Assembly: GCA_964201945.1 (NCBI GenBank)
Contig: CAXNIC010000001.1
Coordinates: 1-60,980, forward strand
Direction of reading: 5' to 3'
Length of the DNA: 60,980 nucleotides
From: Alphaproteobacteria bacterium
GTDB lineage: Bacteria; Pseudomonadota; Alphaproteobacteria; SHVZ01
Below, one piece after another: positions 28,753-37,838 of this stretch. Both the position numbers and the translations under genes were made by a program. The notes under the pieces are model-generated. The model ran no database searches and was not told the origin of the DNA. It saw only the letters and a program-made list of their open reading frames with translations. The first letter of the stretch is position 1; each line of letters starts with the position of its first letter.

Positions 28753-30152
28753 GCGCCGATCTCGCCCTCCTCTCGGCCAGCGAACTCGCACGGCGGATCC
28801 GTGCCGGCAAGGCGACCGCGCGTGCCGCGGTCGAAGCCTGCCTCGAGCGCATCGACAACCGGAACGACCAGCTGAACGCCTTCATCGCACTCGACGCCGC
28901 GCATGCACAGGCGACCGCCGACCTAGCCGATGCGGAAGCCAAGCGCGGCCGCTGGATGGGACCGCTGCACGGCGTGCCGCTGGCGCACAAGGACATGTAT
29001 TACCGCGAGGGGCGCATCGCGACCTGCGGCTCGAAGATCCGCCGCGACTGGGTGGCGCCGGCGACGGCGACCGCGCTTGCCCGCCTGGATGCCGCCGGGG
29101 CACTCGACCTCGGCACGCTGAACATGGCCGAGTTCGCCCTCGGCCCCACCGGCCACAACTGGCATCACGGCCATGCCCGCAACGCCTGGAACCCTCTCCA
29201 CGTCACCGGCGGCTCGTCCTCGGGATCGGCGACAGGGGTTGCCGCCCGGATGTTCTTCGGTTCGCTGGGATCCGACACCGGCGGCTCGATCCGGCTGCCG
29301 GCGCATTTCTGCGGCGTCGTCGGCATCAAGCCGACCTGGGGCCGGGTCAGCCGCGCCAACGCCATGCCGCTGTCATGGACGCTGGATTGCGTCGGCCCGC
29401 TGACCCGCACGGTCGAGGATGCGGCGCTGATGCTGTCGATCATCGCCGGCGTCGATCCCGCTGATCCAACTGCGGCCGACGAGCCGGTGCCCGACTACGT
29501 CGCCGGACTTGCCCGCGGCGTCCGCGGGCTTCGCATCGGGCGGCCGACCAGCTTCTTCACCGAGGTCGACGGCGAGAGCGAGCGCGTGCTTGCCGAGGCG
29601 TGGAAGGTTCTGGAAAAGCTCGGCGCCACGATCGTCGACGTGCCGATCCCGGACATGGAGAAGATCGGGACCTACTTCCCGATGGTGATGGGGCCGGAAT
29701 CCGCCACCATCCATCGCGAGTGGCTGCGCACGCGCGCCGATGACTACAGCGGCCAGGTGCGCGCCCGGCTCGAGGCCGGCCTGCTGGTCCCGGCCACCGC
29801 GTATCTCGATGCGCTGCGCGCCCGCGGGCCCCTGCTGGCCGAGTTCACCGACGCCGTCTTCAGCCGCTGCGACGTGCTCCTGGTGCCATCGGGGACCAGC
29901 CCGGCACCGACGGTCGACGAGAGCGAAGTAACAGGCGGCCCCGAGCTGGTCGCCCGGATGACCCACTTCCCCAAATTCACCCGGCCCTTCAACTATCTCG
30001 GCCTCCCCGGCCTCACCGTGCCGGCGGGGTTCAGCGGCTCAGGATTGCCGATCGGCCTGCAGCTCGTCGGCCGCCCGTTCGACGAGGCAACCCTCTTCAC
30101 CACCGGCCACGCCTACCAGCAGGCGACGGAGTGGCACACGAAGGCGCCGTGA
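28749..30152 (+). CDS. Amidase-signature (Ser-cisSer-Lys) amidase, GatA/AtzE-like
   Basis: PLAHKDMY (Lys), GGSSSGSA, GSDTGGSIRLPA. Confidence 0.9.
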   Translation: MSADLALLSASELARRIRAGKATARAAVEACLERIDNRNDQLNAFIALDAAHAQATADLADAEAKRGRWMGPLHGVPLAHKDMYYREGRIATCGSKIRRDWVAPATATALARLDAAGALDLGTLNMAEFALGPTGHNWHHGHARNAWNPLHVTGGSSSGSATGVAARMFFGSLGSDTGGSIRLPAHFCGVVGIKPTWGRVSRANAMPLSWTLDCVGPLTRTVEDAALMLSIIAGVDPADPTAADEPVPDYVAGLARGVRGLRIGRPTSFFTEVDGESERVLAEAWKVLEKLGATIVDVPIPDMEKIGTYFPMVMGPESATIHREWLRTRADDYSGQVRARLEAGLLVPATAYLDALRARGPLLAEFTDAVFSRCDVLLVPSGTSPAPTVDESEVTGGPELVARMTHFPKFTRPFNYLGLPGLTVPAGFSGSGLPIGLQLVGRPFDEATLFTTGHAYQQATEWHTKAP

Positions 30153-30153
30153 C

Positions 30154-30609
30154 TCAGCCGGTCTCTCCGGTGACCTTGAGCGGTATCGGCCCGTTGGTGA
30201 ACAAGCGCTCGCTCATGGCGTAGAACGCCTCGGCTCCCGGCAGGAACTCGGCGAAGACGTTGCCGAGGACGTGCTGCTGCTTCCCCGGCGCGATCGCCAT
30301 GTTGTAGCGGCCGTAGCACCAGATCACTTCGCTGATCGCGTCGGGGCTGCCGTGCCGCTCGCGGGCGTTGTAGTGGATGAAGATGATGTCACCCTTCTGC
30401 AAGAGGCAGGTGGCGTTCTCGACCGGGGCGAGGATGGTCGGATCGAAGTGGAAGCCCGCTTCGGTTCCGGAATGCCGGGCCGGCAGGCCGTGGCCATCGA
30501 AGGGGAAGACGCGCTCCCACAGCGTCTGGCAGGTGACCGGCGCACGCTCGTCGTCGAGCCGCGCCCGCGCGACCGCCCCACCTAAGTCGAATACGAGATA
30601 GCGAGACAT
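30154..30609 (-). CDS. Small protein of unknown function (recalled as DUF3830/cyclophilin-like family)
   Basis: 151 aa with good GC3 coding bias, 20 nt downstream of the amidohydrolase gene. The family assignment is from memory only. Confidence 0.6.
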   Translation of the reverse strand: MSRYLVFDLGGAVARARLDDERAPVTCQTLWERVFPFDGHGLPARHSGTEAGFHFDPTILAPVENATCLLQKGDIIFIHYNARERHGSPDAISEVIWCYGRYNMAIAPGKQQHVLGNVFAEFLPGAEAFYAMSERLFTNGPIPLKVTGETG

Positions 30610-30629
30610 GGGCGCTCCTCGATCGCCGA

Positions 30630-32063
30630 TCAGAACCGTGCATGGCCCCAGAAGCGGGCCGGCGGCTGCAAGAGACCGGCGCCGTCGATACGCGCCAGCA
30701 TGAGATCGGTCTCGCGCTGGGCCGCGTCCATAACCTTCATCTCATCGACGGTGCGGACCTCCCGTCCCTCCATCAACACGCAGCCATCGACGATGACGGT
30801 GTCGACGTCGGCGCCCGAGGCGAAGGAAACCACGCGGTAAACCGGCATGTTGAGCGGCATCAGATGCGGCTTGTAGAGATCGAGCAGGATCACGTCGGCC
30901 TTCTTGCCGGCTTCCAGGGAACCTAGCTCGCGGTCGAGGCCGAGCGCGCGGGCGGCGTCGATGGTCACCATCTCCAGCACCTTGCCCTGCGGCAGGATGC
31001 GGGCGTCGCGGAAGTGGCGGCGGTGGTAGTGCATGCACTGGAACATGTGGCGGAACATGTCGGCGCTGCGGTCGGGCGCGGTGCCGTCGGAGCCCAGCGC
31101 CACGGTGACGCCGGCCTCGATCAGCTCTGGAACCGGGCAGCGCCCGCGCACCGACATCATCGCCGACGGATTGTGGACGATGCGTGTGTCGCTGCGCTTC
31201 GCCGCGGCGATGTCGGCCTCGGTCAGGTCGATGCTGTGCGAGAGGAAGGCGTCGGGGCCGAGCAGGCCGAGATCCTCGGCGAAAGCGATCGAACCGGCGC
31301 GGTGGCCGTCCTGGGTGAAGCCGACGCCGTGGCGGCGCGAGAGGCCGCGCATCGCCGTTCCCTGGCTCCGCACCAGCTCGACCTCGGCCCGCCGCTCGGC
31401 CGGCAGCTCGTGGTGGTGCACCGGGAAGGTCAGCGCGATGCGGACGCGACCCTCGGCCGAGCCATGGCGGCGCTGGATCAGCGTCTCGCAGGTTTCGAGC
31501 TGGCGATCGTATGAGATCTGCTGCTCGCGCCATTCGCCGCGGTCGAGCTTTGCAAACGTCTTCGGGAAGGGCGGCCGGCAGGAACCCACCGCGACCACGG
31601 CGCGGATGCCGGTCGCGGCCACGCCGTCGCAATGGCGCTCCCCCGCTTCCAGGTCGTCGACCCGCATGACGTCGTCGCCGCCGCCGAGGTAGGAGACTCC
31701 GGTCGTCGTCCCCGCCTTCAGCCGCTCCAGCGCCGAGAGCTGCGCCTCAGCATGCCAGAAGTCCGGCGTCGACCCCACCGCATAGATCCGTCCCACCGCC
31801 TCGTTCCACACATCGCCGTCGCCACCGCCCAGCGTCTTGACCAGGCCGTGGCCGGCATGGGCATGGCTGTCGATCAGTCCGGGCAAGATGGCTTTCCGTC
31901 GCGCATCGATGACGCGAGGCGCCGAGTGGCTAGCCCTCACCTCGGCGCTCGGCCCGACCGCGACGATGCGGCTGCCGTCGATGGCGACGGCGCCGTCCTC
32001 GATCACCCGCCGCTCCGGATCCATCGTGATGACGACGCCGCCGGTGATCAGGATGTCGGCCAT
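30630..32063 (-). CDS. Metal-dependent amidohydrolase (TRZ/ATZ / aminohydrolase-like)
   Basis: MADILITGG..LPGLIDSHAHAGH (HxH), HNPSA, LGSDG. ATG 32063 behind GGAG. The track ORF extension to 32477 is rejected. Confidence 0.85.
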   Translation of the reverse strand: MADILITGGVVITMDPERRVIEDGAVAIDGSRIVAVGPSAEVRASHSAPRVIDARRKAILPGLIDSHAHAGHGLVKTLGGGDGDVWNEAVGRIYAVGSTPDFWHAEAQLSALERLKAGTTTGVSYLGGGDDVMRVDDLEAGERHCDGVAATGIRAVVAVGSCRPPFPKTFAKLDRGEWREQQISYDRQLETCETLIQRRHGSAEGRVRIALTFPVHHHELPAERRAEVELVRSQGTAMRGLSRRHGVGFTQDGHRAGSIAFAEDLGLLGPDAFLSHSIDLTEADIAAAKRSDTRIVHNPSAMMSVRGRCPVPELIEAGVTVALGSDGTAPDRSADMFRHMFQCMHYHRRHFRDARILPQGKVLEMVTIDAARALGLDRELGSLEAGKKADVILLDLYKPHLMPLNMPVYRVVSFASGADVDTVIVDGCVLMEGREVRTVDEMKVMDAAQRETDLMLARIDGAGLLQPPARFWGHARF

Positions 32064-32068
32064 CGTCC

Positions 32069-33268
32069 CTACTCCGCGACGCCGCAATACGCGGCCGCCG
32101 CGGCGAGGTAGACCTGGGCCGAGCGCTTGATGCGATCGACCGAGACCCATTCGACATCGGCATGCGCGGTGTGGTTGGAGGCCCCGTAGTAGAAGGTCGG
32201 GATGCCGGTGCCGTGGACGTAGAGGTTGGCGTCGCCGACGATGCGCCGCCCGACCACCTTGGGCGTGGCACCGGTGACGCGCTCGGCGGCCGCGATCACC
32301 GCCTTCACCGCGGCGTCGTCGACCGGAGTCTCGAAGGGCTCGCGCTCCTGCTCGATCTTTAGGTCGAAGCCCAGCTTCCCGGCAGCCGCGAAGGGTCGGG
32401 CCAGCGCGTCGAGTTCTCGCCTGATGTCCTCCACGGTCTTGCCCGGCATCCAGCGGCGCGTGCCGATCAGGGTGCAATGGGTCGGCGTGCGGTTGTAGAG
32501 ATCGCCGGCCTCGGCGACGCCGAGGTCGATGCGCTCAGGCCCCGCCAGCGGGTGGCGATCGCCCGCATCCATCTCCTGCTGGCGACGGTTCACCGCGCCG
32601 ATCAGCTCGCCCATGAAGCGGATCGGGTTCTCGCCGAAGGGCGTGTTGTTGGTGTGCGTGCCGCCGCGGTCAGACGTCAGCGTGATGACGAAATTGGCCG
32701 AGCCCATGCTCATCAGCCAGATGTCCTCTTCGCCCTCGACGATCAGGATACGGTCGGCCTTGGTGCGGCCGGCGTTCAGATCCTCGATATAGGCCTTGGG
32801 GCCGTCCTTGGCCGCGATCGCCTCCTCGTGCCCGACCACGGCGGAGATCACCAGGTCGCCCTTCAGCTTCACGCCTGAGCCGATCAGCGCCTTGGCCGCG
32901 CCCAGCACGGCCGCCATCGGTCCCTTCATGTCGGTGGTGCCGCGCCCGTAGATCAGGTCGCCCTCGCGTTTCGGCGGCCACGCACCGTGGATCGGCACAG
33001 TGTCGACATGGCCGTTCAGCGCCAGGGTCGGGCCGCCGCCGGTGCCGGGGATGCGGGCATAGAGGTTGTTGCGGCCGGGGGTCACTTCGCGGACATCGAC
33101 GGTAAGGCCGAGCTCGCGGAGCGCGTCGGCGTAGTACCGGCACATCTCTGCCTCATCCATGGTGACGCTCTTGATCTCCACCATCTCGAGCGTCTTCTTC
33201 GCCATCCACTCGGCATCCGCCTGGCCCAGTATCTTCTCGATCGCCGACATAACTTGACCCGTCCTCAT
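32069..33268 (-). CDS. M20-family metallopeptidase/deacylase (ArgE/DapE/CPG2-like)
   Basis: NGHVDTVP and GRGTTDMKG. ATG 33268 overlaps the upstream stop (ATGA). Alternative ATG at 33250. Confidence 0.85.
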   Translation of the reverse strand: MRTGQVMSAIEKILGQADAEWMAKKTLEMVEIKSVTMDEAEMCRYYADALRELGLTVDVREVTPGRNNLYARIPGTGGGPTLALNGHVDTVPIHGAWPPKREGDLIYGRGTTDMKGPMAAVLGAAKALIGSGVKLKGDLVISAVVGHEEAIAAKDGPKAYIEDLNAGRTKADRILIVEGEEDIWLMSMGSANFVITLTSDRGGTHTNNTPFGENPIRFMGELIGAVNRRQQEMDAGDRHPLAGPERIDLGVAEAGDLYNRTPTHCTLIGTRRWMPGKTVEDIRRELDALARPFAAAGKLGFDLKIEQEREPFETPVDDAAVKAVIAAAERVTGATPKVVGRRIVGDANLYVHGTGIPTFYYGASNHTAHADVEWVSVDRIKRSAQVYLAAAAAYCGVAE

Positions 33269-35436
33269 TCTTGAAAGCGCGTCACGACATTATAGAGAAG
33301 CTGCGACACCGGGCCTTCGAAACCGTTCCGCCACAGGCTGCCGAGGAAGGTGATCGAGCCGACCGAGAACACCGCGCCTCCCTCCGGCGTCTCGAAATAG
33401 ACCATGTCGGCGCGCATGAAGTCGTCGGACGGCCCGTGCGCCGTGCTTCGGCCGGGCGCCAGCAGGTCTTCCGGCACGACGGCGAAGGAAGCCGGGTGTT
33501 TCTCCGAACGGGCCAGGATCACGGCGTTGTCGGGTGTTCCCAGCATCGGATCGGCACGGTCGAGCTCGAAGCCGGCGGCCCCTCCGGCCGACAGCCCGTA
33601 GTCGCCGATGATCTCCTCGTTGATGCCGGCGAAGATCCAGGAGGCGCTGGGATCGTCCCATGATGCGGGCGAGCGGCGGTAATGCGTCGCCTCGTAGCCG
33701 CCCTGCACGGTGAATCCGACGCCGACCAGCTGCTGCGGCGGCCGGCGGCTCCGGCGCCACATGCCGCCCAGCTGCCCGTCCAGCATGTGGTGGTATTCGC
33801 CGGGCTCGGCCGCCCACATGCGGACACCGCCCTCGGCGCGGCGGATCTCGATCAGGTGCGGGCGCGTCGGGTCGCGCGCGATCCGCCAGTAGAAGCCGTT
33901 GCCGCCGAGATAGGCGAGACGCCCGCCCCGCTTCTTGTAGGCCTCCAGCGCATCCAGCATGCGGGCGGTGTGATACTCGGGGTGCGATCCGGTGAGTACG
34001 GCGCGATAAGGCGCGAGCACGGCGACGCCTTCGTCGTCGAGGTCCTCGTCGGTGATGATGTCGAAATCGAAGCCCTTGTCTTCGAGCCAGGCCAGCAGGT
34101 GGTGGTCGGCGACGTAGTGGCGCGTGCCGGAGCCGAGCGGGTCGTTGGCGGCGATGTAGCCCGGCCGCATGTTGAGGATGGGCCGAAGCCGCGAGGACAC
34201 CGACACGCCGGCACCGTCCTCATGCACGTTGTAGGTCGACCGGCCATAGATCGGATAGTCGTTGGGGAGGTGCGGATATGCCGAGAAGGCACCGACGCGC
34301 GCCCGATAGGCGTCGTCGGCGTTGCTGCGCGCGAAATTGGCATAGGCCTGGTAGGTGAAAGTCGAGGCCAGGAACGCGATCTTCGCCTGCGGGCCGCCCC
34401 GGCGCGGGCCGACGTAGAAGGGCAGCCAGTCCTCCCCGGCCGCGCAGGAGAGATGCAGCAGATAGCTGCCGCTCTTAAGTGCGTCGGGAACGGTGAAGTC
34501 GAAGTCGGGCTGCCAATGGCAGTCGTCCAGGTCGCTGGGATGGAAATGGATCGCCGCGTAGTCTTGCGGCGCATGGCGCCAGCACGACTCCTCGCCCGAC
34601 CACATGGCCCCGACCATCGCTCGCATCGGCGTGTTGACCAGGCTGCCGTGACAGGCCTGGGTCCCGGTATCGTGGACAGTGTCGGTATCGATGCCGCGCC
34701 CGAAATCCCAGGCGGCGAGGCAGCCGTCGCGCGGCAGGAACCGCGGATCGGGCCAGACCGCGAGGTCGCGCGCCAGGATCGCCGGCGCCTCGATCTTTCC
34801 GGAGAAGTGCCGTCGCGGTGCCGCGTTCCCTTCGGCCGCGATCAGGATGACGCCGCCATTGGGAAGCGACACGCCCGGCGCGTCACCCTCGACCACCGCG
34901 GCCGGACCGCCTTCGAGCGGGACTTGTCCCACGCGAATACGTCCATCCGGCCGCGCGCTCGCCCACAGGCGATACCAGCGGCGCGGCTTCAGCGGCTCGC
35001 CGGTCGAGAGGCGCGCATCGCCGCCGGACCAGGCGAGAACGACCTCTGCCCCTTGCGCGCCGATGCCGAGCACGGCGCGGGCGCCGTCCCGCTCGTCGGA
35101 GAGAACCGCCTGGTCGCGCGTCGGCAAGCCGGTCCAGACCAGCGCCGTCCAGGTCCGCGCCTTCCGTGCGTCCCGCACCGGCGCGGGCTCGATCCGCGCA
35201 TAGGAGCCGATCTGGATCGCCTGCCGGCGACCGTCGAAGCTTTCGTCGAACAGGTGTGACAGGTCCTCGAAGCGCCGGCCCGGCCCCTTCGGATTGGCAT
35301 CGAGACTGATGGCGCGCAGCAGGCGGGCACGATAGCGGCCGCCGGCGGCGACGCTGACATATGCGGTCAGGCGCTCGCCCGGCCGCGCGGAGAGCCGGTC
35401 GAGATAGCCCGTGATCGGAAGTTCCGCGACCGTCAT
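33265..35436 (-). CDS. 723-aa protein resembling the large (beta) subunit family of N,N-dimethylformamidase
   Basis: ATG 35436 (MTVAELPITGYLD) behind GGAGG. Size and sequence flavour (..LTGSHPEYHT..YLGGNGFYWRI..) are recalled from DMFase-large-subunit-like annotations; not verified by search. Confidence 0.65.
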   Translation of the reverse strand: MTVAELPITGYLDRLSARPGERLTAYVSVAAGGRYRARLLRAISLDANPKGPGRRFEDLSHLFDESFDGRRQAIQIGSYARIEPAPVRDARKARTWTALVWTGLPTRDQAVLSDERDGARAVLGIGAQGAEVVLAWSGGDARLSTGEPLKPRRWYRLWASARPDGRIRVGQVPLEGGPAAVVEGDAPGVSLPNGGVILIAAEGNAAPRRHFSGKIEAPAILARDLAVWPDPRFLPRDGCLAAWDFGRGIDTDTVHDTGTQACHGSLVNTPMRAMVGAMWSGEESCWRHAPQDYAAIHFHPSDLDDCHWQPDFDFTVPDALKSGSYLLHLSCAAGEDWLPFYVGPRRGGPQAKIAFLASTFTYQAYANFARSNADDAYRARVGAFSAYPHLPNDYPIYGRSTYNVHEDGAGVSVSSRLRPILNMRPGYIAANDPLGSGTRHYVADHHLLAWLEDKGFDFDIITDEDLDDEGVAVLAPYRAVLTGSHPEYHTARMLDALEAYKKRGGRLAYLGGNGFYWRIARDPTRPHLIEIRRAEGGVRMWAAEPGEYHHMLDGQLGGMWRRSRRPPQQLVGVGFTVQGGYEATHYRRSPASWDDPSASWIFAGINEEIIGDYGLSAGGAAGFELDRADPMLGTPDNAVILARSEKHPASFAVVPEDLLAPGRSTAHGPSDDFMRADMVYFETPEGGAVFSVGSITFLGSLWRNGFEGPVSQLLYNVVTRFQE

Positions 35437-35447
35437 GACGCCTCCGG

Positions 35448-35474
35448 TTGACCCTGACCCGCCCCGTGTATGAT
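35448..35474 (+). promoter_or_regulatory. Sigma-70-like promoter candidate for the DmpA-like gene
   Basis: -35 TTGACC (35448-35453) and -10 TATGAT (35469-35474). The 15-nt spacer is short. It lies about 30 nt upstream of ATG 35505. Confidence 0.3.
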
Positions 35475-35504
35475 CACGACTCCCGCCCCTCGACGGAGTC
35501 AACC

Positions 35505-36617
35505 ATGACCGCCTCGTCCCCGGAACGCCGCCGCCTTCGCGACCTCGGCATCACCGTCGGCCGGCTGCCCACGGGCAGGCTGAATTCCATCACCGACGTC
35601 GCCGGCATCCGCGTCGGCCATTGCACGGTGGTCAGGGATACGCCGCGGCTCTCGCGCACCGGCGTCACCGCGATCTGGCCGTCCGACGATCCCTGGGGCA
35701 CCGAACTGTTCGCCGGGACATATTCCTTCAACGGCTGCGGCGAGTTCACCGGCTGGATCTGGCTGGAGGAGTCCGGTTGCCTCACCTCGCCGATCATGCT
35801 GACCGGCACGCATTCCGTCGGCGCCGTCCGCGACGCGCTGATCAACATCGCCGAAGAGCGCGGGCACCCCTCGCACTGGCATCTGGGATTGGTCGGCGAG
35901 ACCTATGACGGCTTCCTCTCCGACGCCTATGCCAATGCCGTGCAGAAGACCGAGGTCGAGCAGGCGCTGGACGCGGCGACGGCCGGCCTGGTGCCGGAGG
36001 GCTGCGTCGGCGGCGGCACCGGCATGAACTGCCATGAGTTCAAGGGCGGCATTGGCTCCTCCTCTCGCGTCGTCGAGATCACAGGCGAGCGCTACACCGT
36101 CGGCGTGCTGGTACAGGCGAATTACGGCGTGCGCGAGGAGTTGTCGATCGACGGCGTGCCCATCGGGCAGGAGATCGGCGTCGACGTGGTGCCGTCCGGC
36201 CGGCGCGAAGCCGTCAACAACGCCGGCTCGATCCTGATCATCGTCGCCACCGACGCGCCGCTCTTGCCGCACCAGTGCAAGCGGCTGGCCCAGCGCGCCA
36301 CCATCGGGCTCGGTCGCATCGGCGGCTATGGCCGGAACGGCTCGGGAGACCTCTTCCTCGCCTTCTCCACCGGCAACCGCATGCCGACCTCGGGCGTCGA
36401 TTTCCTGGCGAAGCCGGCACCGAAGCCGCCGATGCCCTGCCGCATGCTGCCGAACCCGGAGATCAACCCGCTGTTCAACGCCACCGCCGAGGCGACCGAG
36501 GAAGCCATCGCCAACGCCATCTGCATGGCGACCACCACGCATGGCCGCGAGGGCCGGGTGATGCACGCGATGCCGCTCGACCGCCTGCAAGAGGTGTGGC
36601 GGAAGCACCGGCGCTGA
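35505..36617 (+). CDS. DmpA/P1-family (peptidase S58, Ntn-type) aminopeptidase
   Basis: GGGTGMNCHEFKGGIGSSS. Autoprocessing-site context NNAG-SILIIVATDAPL. ATG 35505. Confidence 0.8.
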   Translation: MTASSPERRRLRDLGITVGRLPTGRLNSITDVAGIRVGHCTVVRDTPRLSRTGVTAIWPSDDPWGTELFAGTYSFNGCGEFTGWIWLEESGCLTSPIMLTGTHSVGAVRDALINIAEERGHPSHWHLGLVGETYDGFLSDAYANAVQKTEVEQALDAATAGLVPEGCVGGGTGMNCHEFKGGIGSSSRVVEITGERYTVGVLVQANYGVREELSIDGVPIGQEIGVDVVPSGRREAVNNAGSILIIVATDAPLLPHQCKRLAQRATIGLGRIGGYGRNGSGDLFLAFSTGNRMPTSGVDFLAKPAPKPPMPCRMLPNPEINPLFNATAEATEEAIANAICMATTTHGREGRVMHAMPLDRLQEVWRKHRR

Positions 36618-36719
36618 GGAGCCCCATCCCTACCCTCCCGCAAAGAGGGGTGAAGATTCGGTGGCCTCCCTGCACCCAACGGCCGCCATCGGTGTTCCTA
36701 AGGCGTCAGGAGCACTCCC

Positions 36720-37835
36720 ATGACCACGCTTGCCCTCGTCGGTGCCGGGAAGATCGGGATGGCGATCGCCGAGATGCTGTCGGTGACCGGCGACTATGCC
36801 GTCACCCTGTTCGACCGCGACGAGGCCGCCTTCGGCCAGATCGGTGCCCCCGGCCTTCGCTTCCAACCCCTCGTGATCGCGAACGCGGCGGCTCTCGCCT
36901 CGGCGCTTCGTGGCCATGAGATCGTGGTCAACGCCGGGCCTTACCACCTGGCACCGGCGATCGCTGCCGCGGCCAAGGAGGTGGGCGCCCATTACTTCGA
37001 TCTGACCGAGGACGTGGAGAGCACCCGCGCGGTCTCTAGGCTGGCCGAAGGCGCGTCGACCGCCTTCGTGCCGCAATGCGGCCTGGCACCGGGCTTCGTC
37101 TCGATCGCTGCCATGGACCTCGCCCGCCGCTTCGAGACGCTGCGCGATCTCTCGCTTCGCGTCGGCGCGCTGCCGCTCTATCCGACCAACGCGCTCCGCT
37201 ACAACCTGACCTGGAGCACCGAGGGGCTGATCAACGAATACCTCAATCCCTGCGAGGCCATCGTCGACAGCCACCTGCGCGAGGTGCCGGCGCTGGAGGA
37301 TCTCGAAAGCATCTCCCTCGACGGCGTGGTCTACGAGGCCTTCAACACCTCGGGCGGCCTCGGCACGCTCTGCGACACGCTGGCCGGCAAGCTCGAGACG
37401 CTGGACTACAAGACCGTGCGCTATCCCGGCCACCGCGACATCATCAAGATGCTAGTGAAGGATCTCCGTCTCGGGCACCGCCGCGACGTGCTGAAGGACG
37501 TGCTGGAGACCGCGATCCCGATGACGCTCCAGGACGTGGTCCTGGTCTTCGTCTCGGCCAGCGGCATGCGGGACGGCCGTCTCACCCAGGAAAGCGACAG
37601 CCGCAAGATCTATGCAGGCGAGATCGCCGGCGTCAGGCGCAGCGCCATCCAGATCACCACCGCTGCCGGCGTCTGCACCATGGTCGACCTGATGGTCGCG
37701 GGAAAGCTGCCGAGACAGGGCTTCGTCCGCCAGGAGCAGGCCCTGCTCGCCGACGTGCTCGCCAACCGTTTCGGTCGCGTCTTCGACGGCAAGCCGCTGG
37801 CGCTGAAAGGATCAGCGCCAGCGCTCGTCGCCTGA
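36720..37835 (+). CDS. Saccharopine-dehydrogenase-family NAD(P) oxidoreductase (possibly lysine 6-dehydrogenase-like)
   Basis: N-terminal Rossmann LALVGAGKIG, and ..YNLTWSTEGLINEY.. typical of the Sacchrp_dh family. Confidence 0.8.
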   Translation: MTTLALVGAGKIGMAIAEMLSVTGDYAVTLFDRDEAAFGQIGAPGLRFQPLVIANAAALASALRGHEIVVNAGPYHLAPAIAAAAKEVGAHYFDLTEDVESTRAVSRLAEGASTAFVPQCGLAPGFVSIAAMDLARRFETLRDLSLRVGALPLYPTNALRYNLTWSTEGLINEYLNPCEAIVDSHLREVPALEDLESISLDGVVYEAFNTSGGLGTLCDTLAGKLETLDYKTVRYPGHRDIIKMLVKDLRLGHRRDVLKDVLETAIPMTLQDVVLVFVSASGMRDGRLTQESDSRKIYAGEIAGVRRSAIQITTAAGVCTMVDLMVAGKLPRQGFVRQEQALLADVLANRFGRVFDGKPLALKGSAPALVA

Positions 37836-37838
37836 GCT

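Noticed and set aside
28555-30152. Small ORF + amidase as gatC-gatA of the tRNA-dependent amidotransferase
   Set aside because: There is no gatB, and the genes are embedded among catabolic hydrolases. They fit better as a catabolic AtzG/AtzE-like pair.
30630-35502. 5'-extended versions of track ORFs (30630..32477, 33265..35502; also 1829..2824, 6160..7488, 8669..9778, 18802..19947, 44374..44871)
   Set aside because: The extensions are Arg/Gly-rich, overlap the upstream gene, and are superseded by internal starts with Shine-Dalgarno sequences or ATGA/GTGA coupling at the family-typical N-terminus.
36617-36720. Possible fourth copy of the palindromic repeat (CCCTACCCTCCCGCAAAGAGGGGTG)
   Set aside because: It forms only a short weak hairpin and does not share the CCCTCACCCGCTCG..CACCCTCTCCC unit. 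Not counted as a family member.
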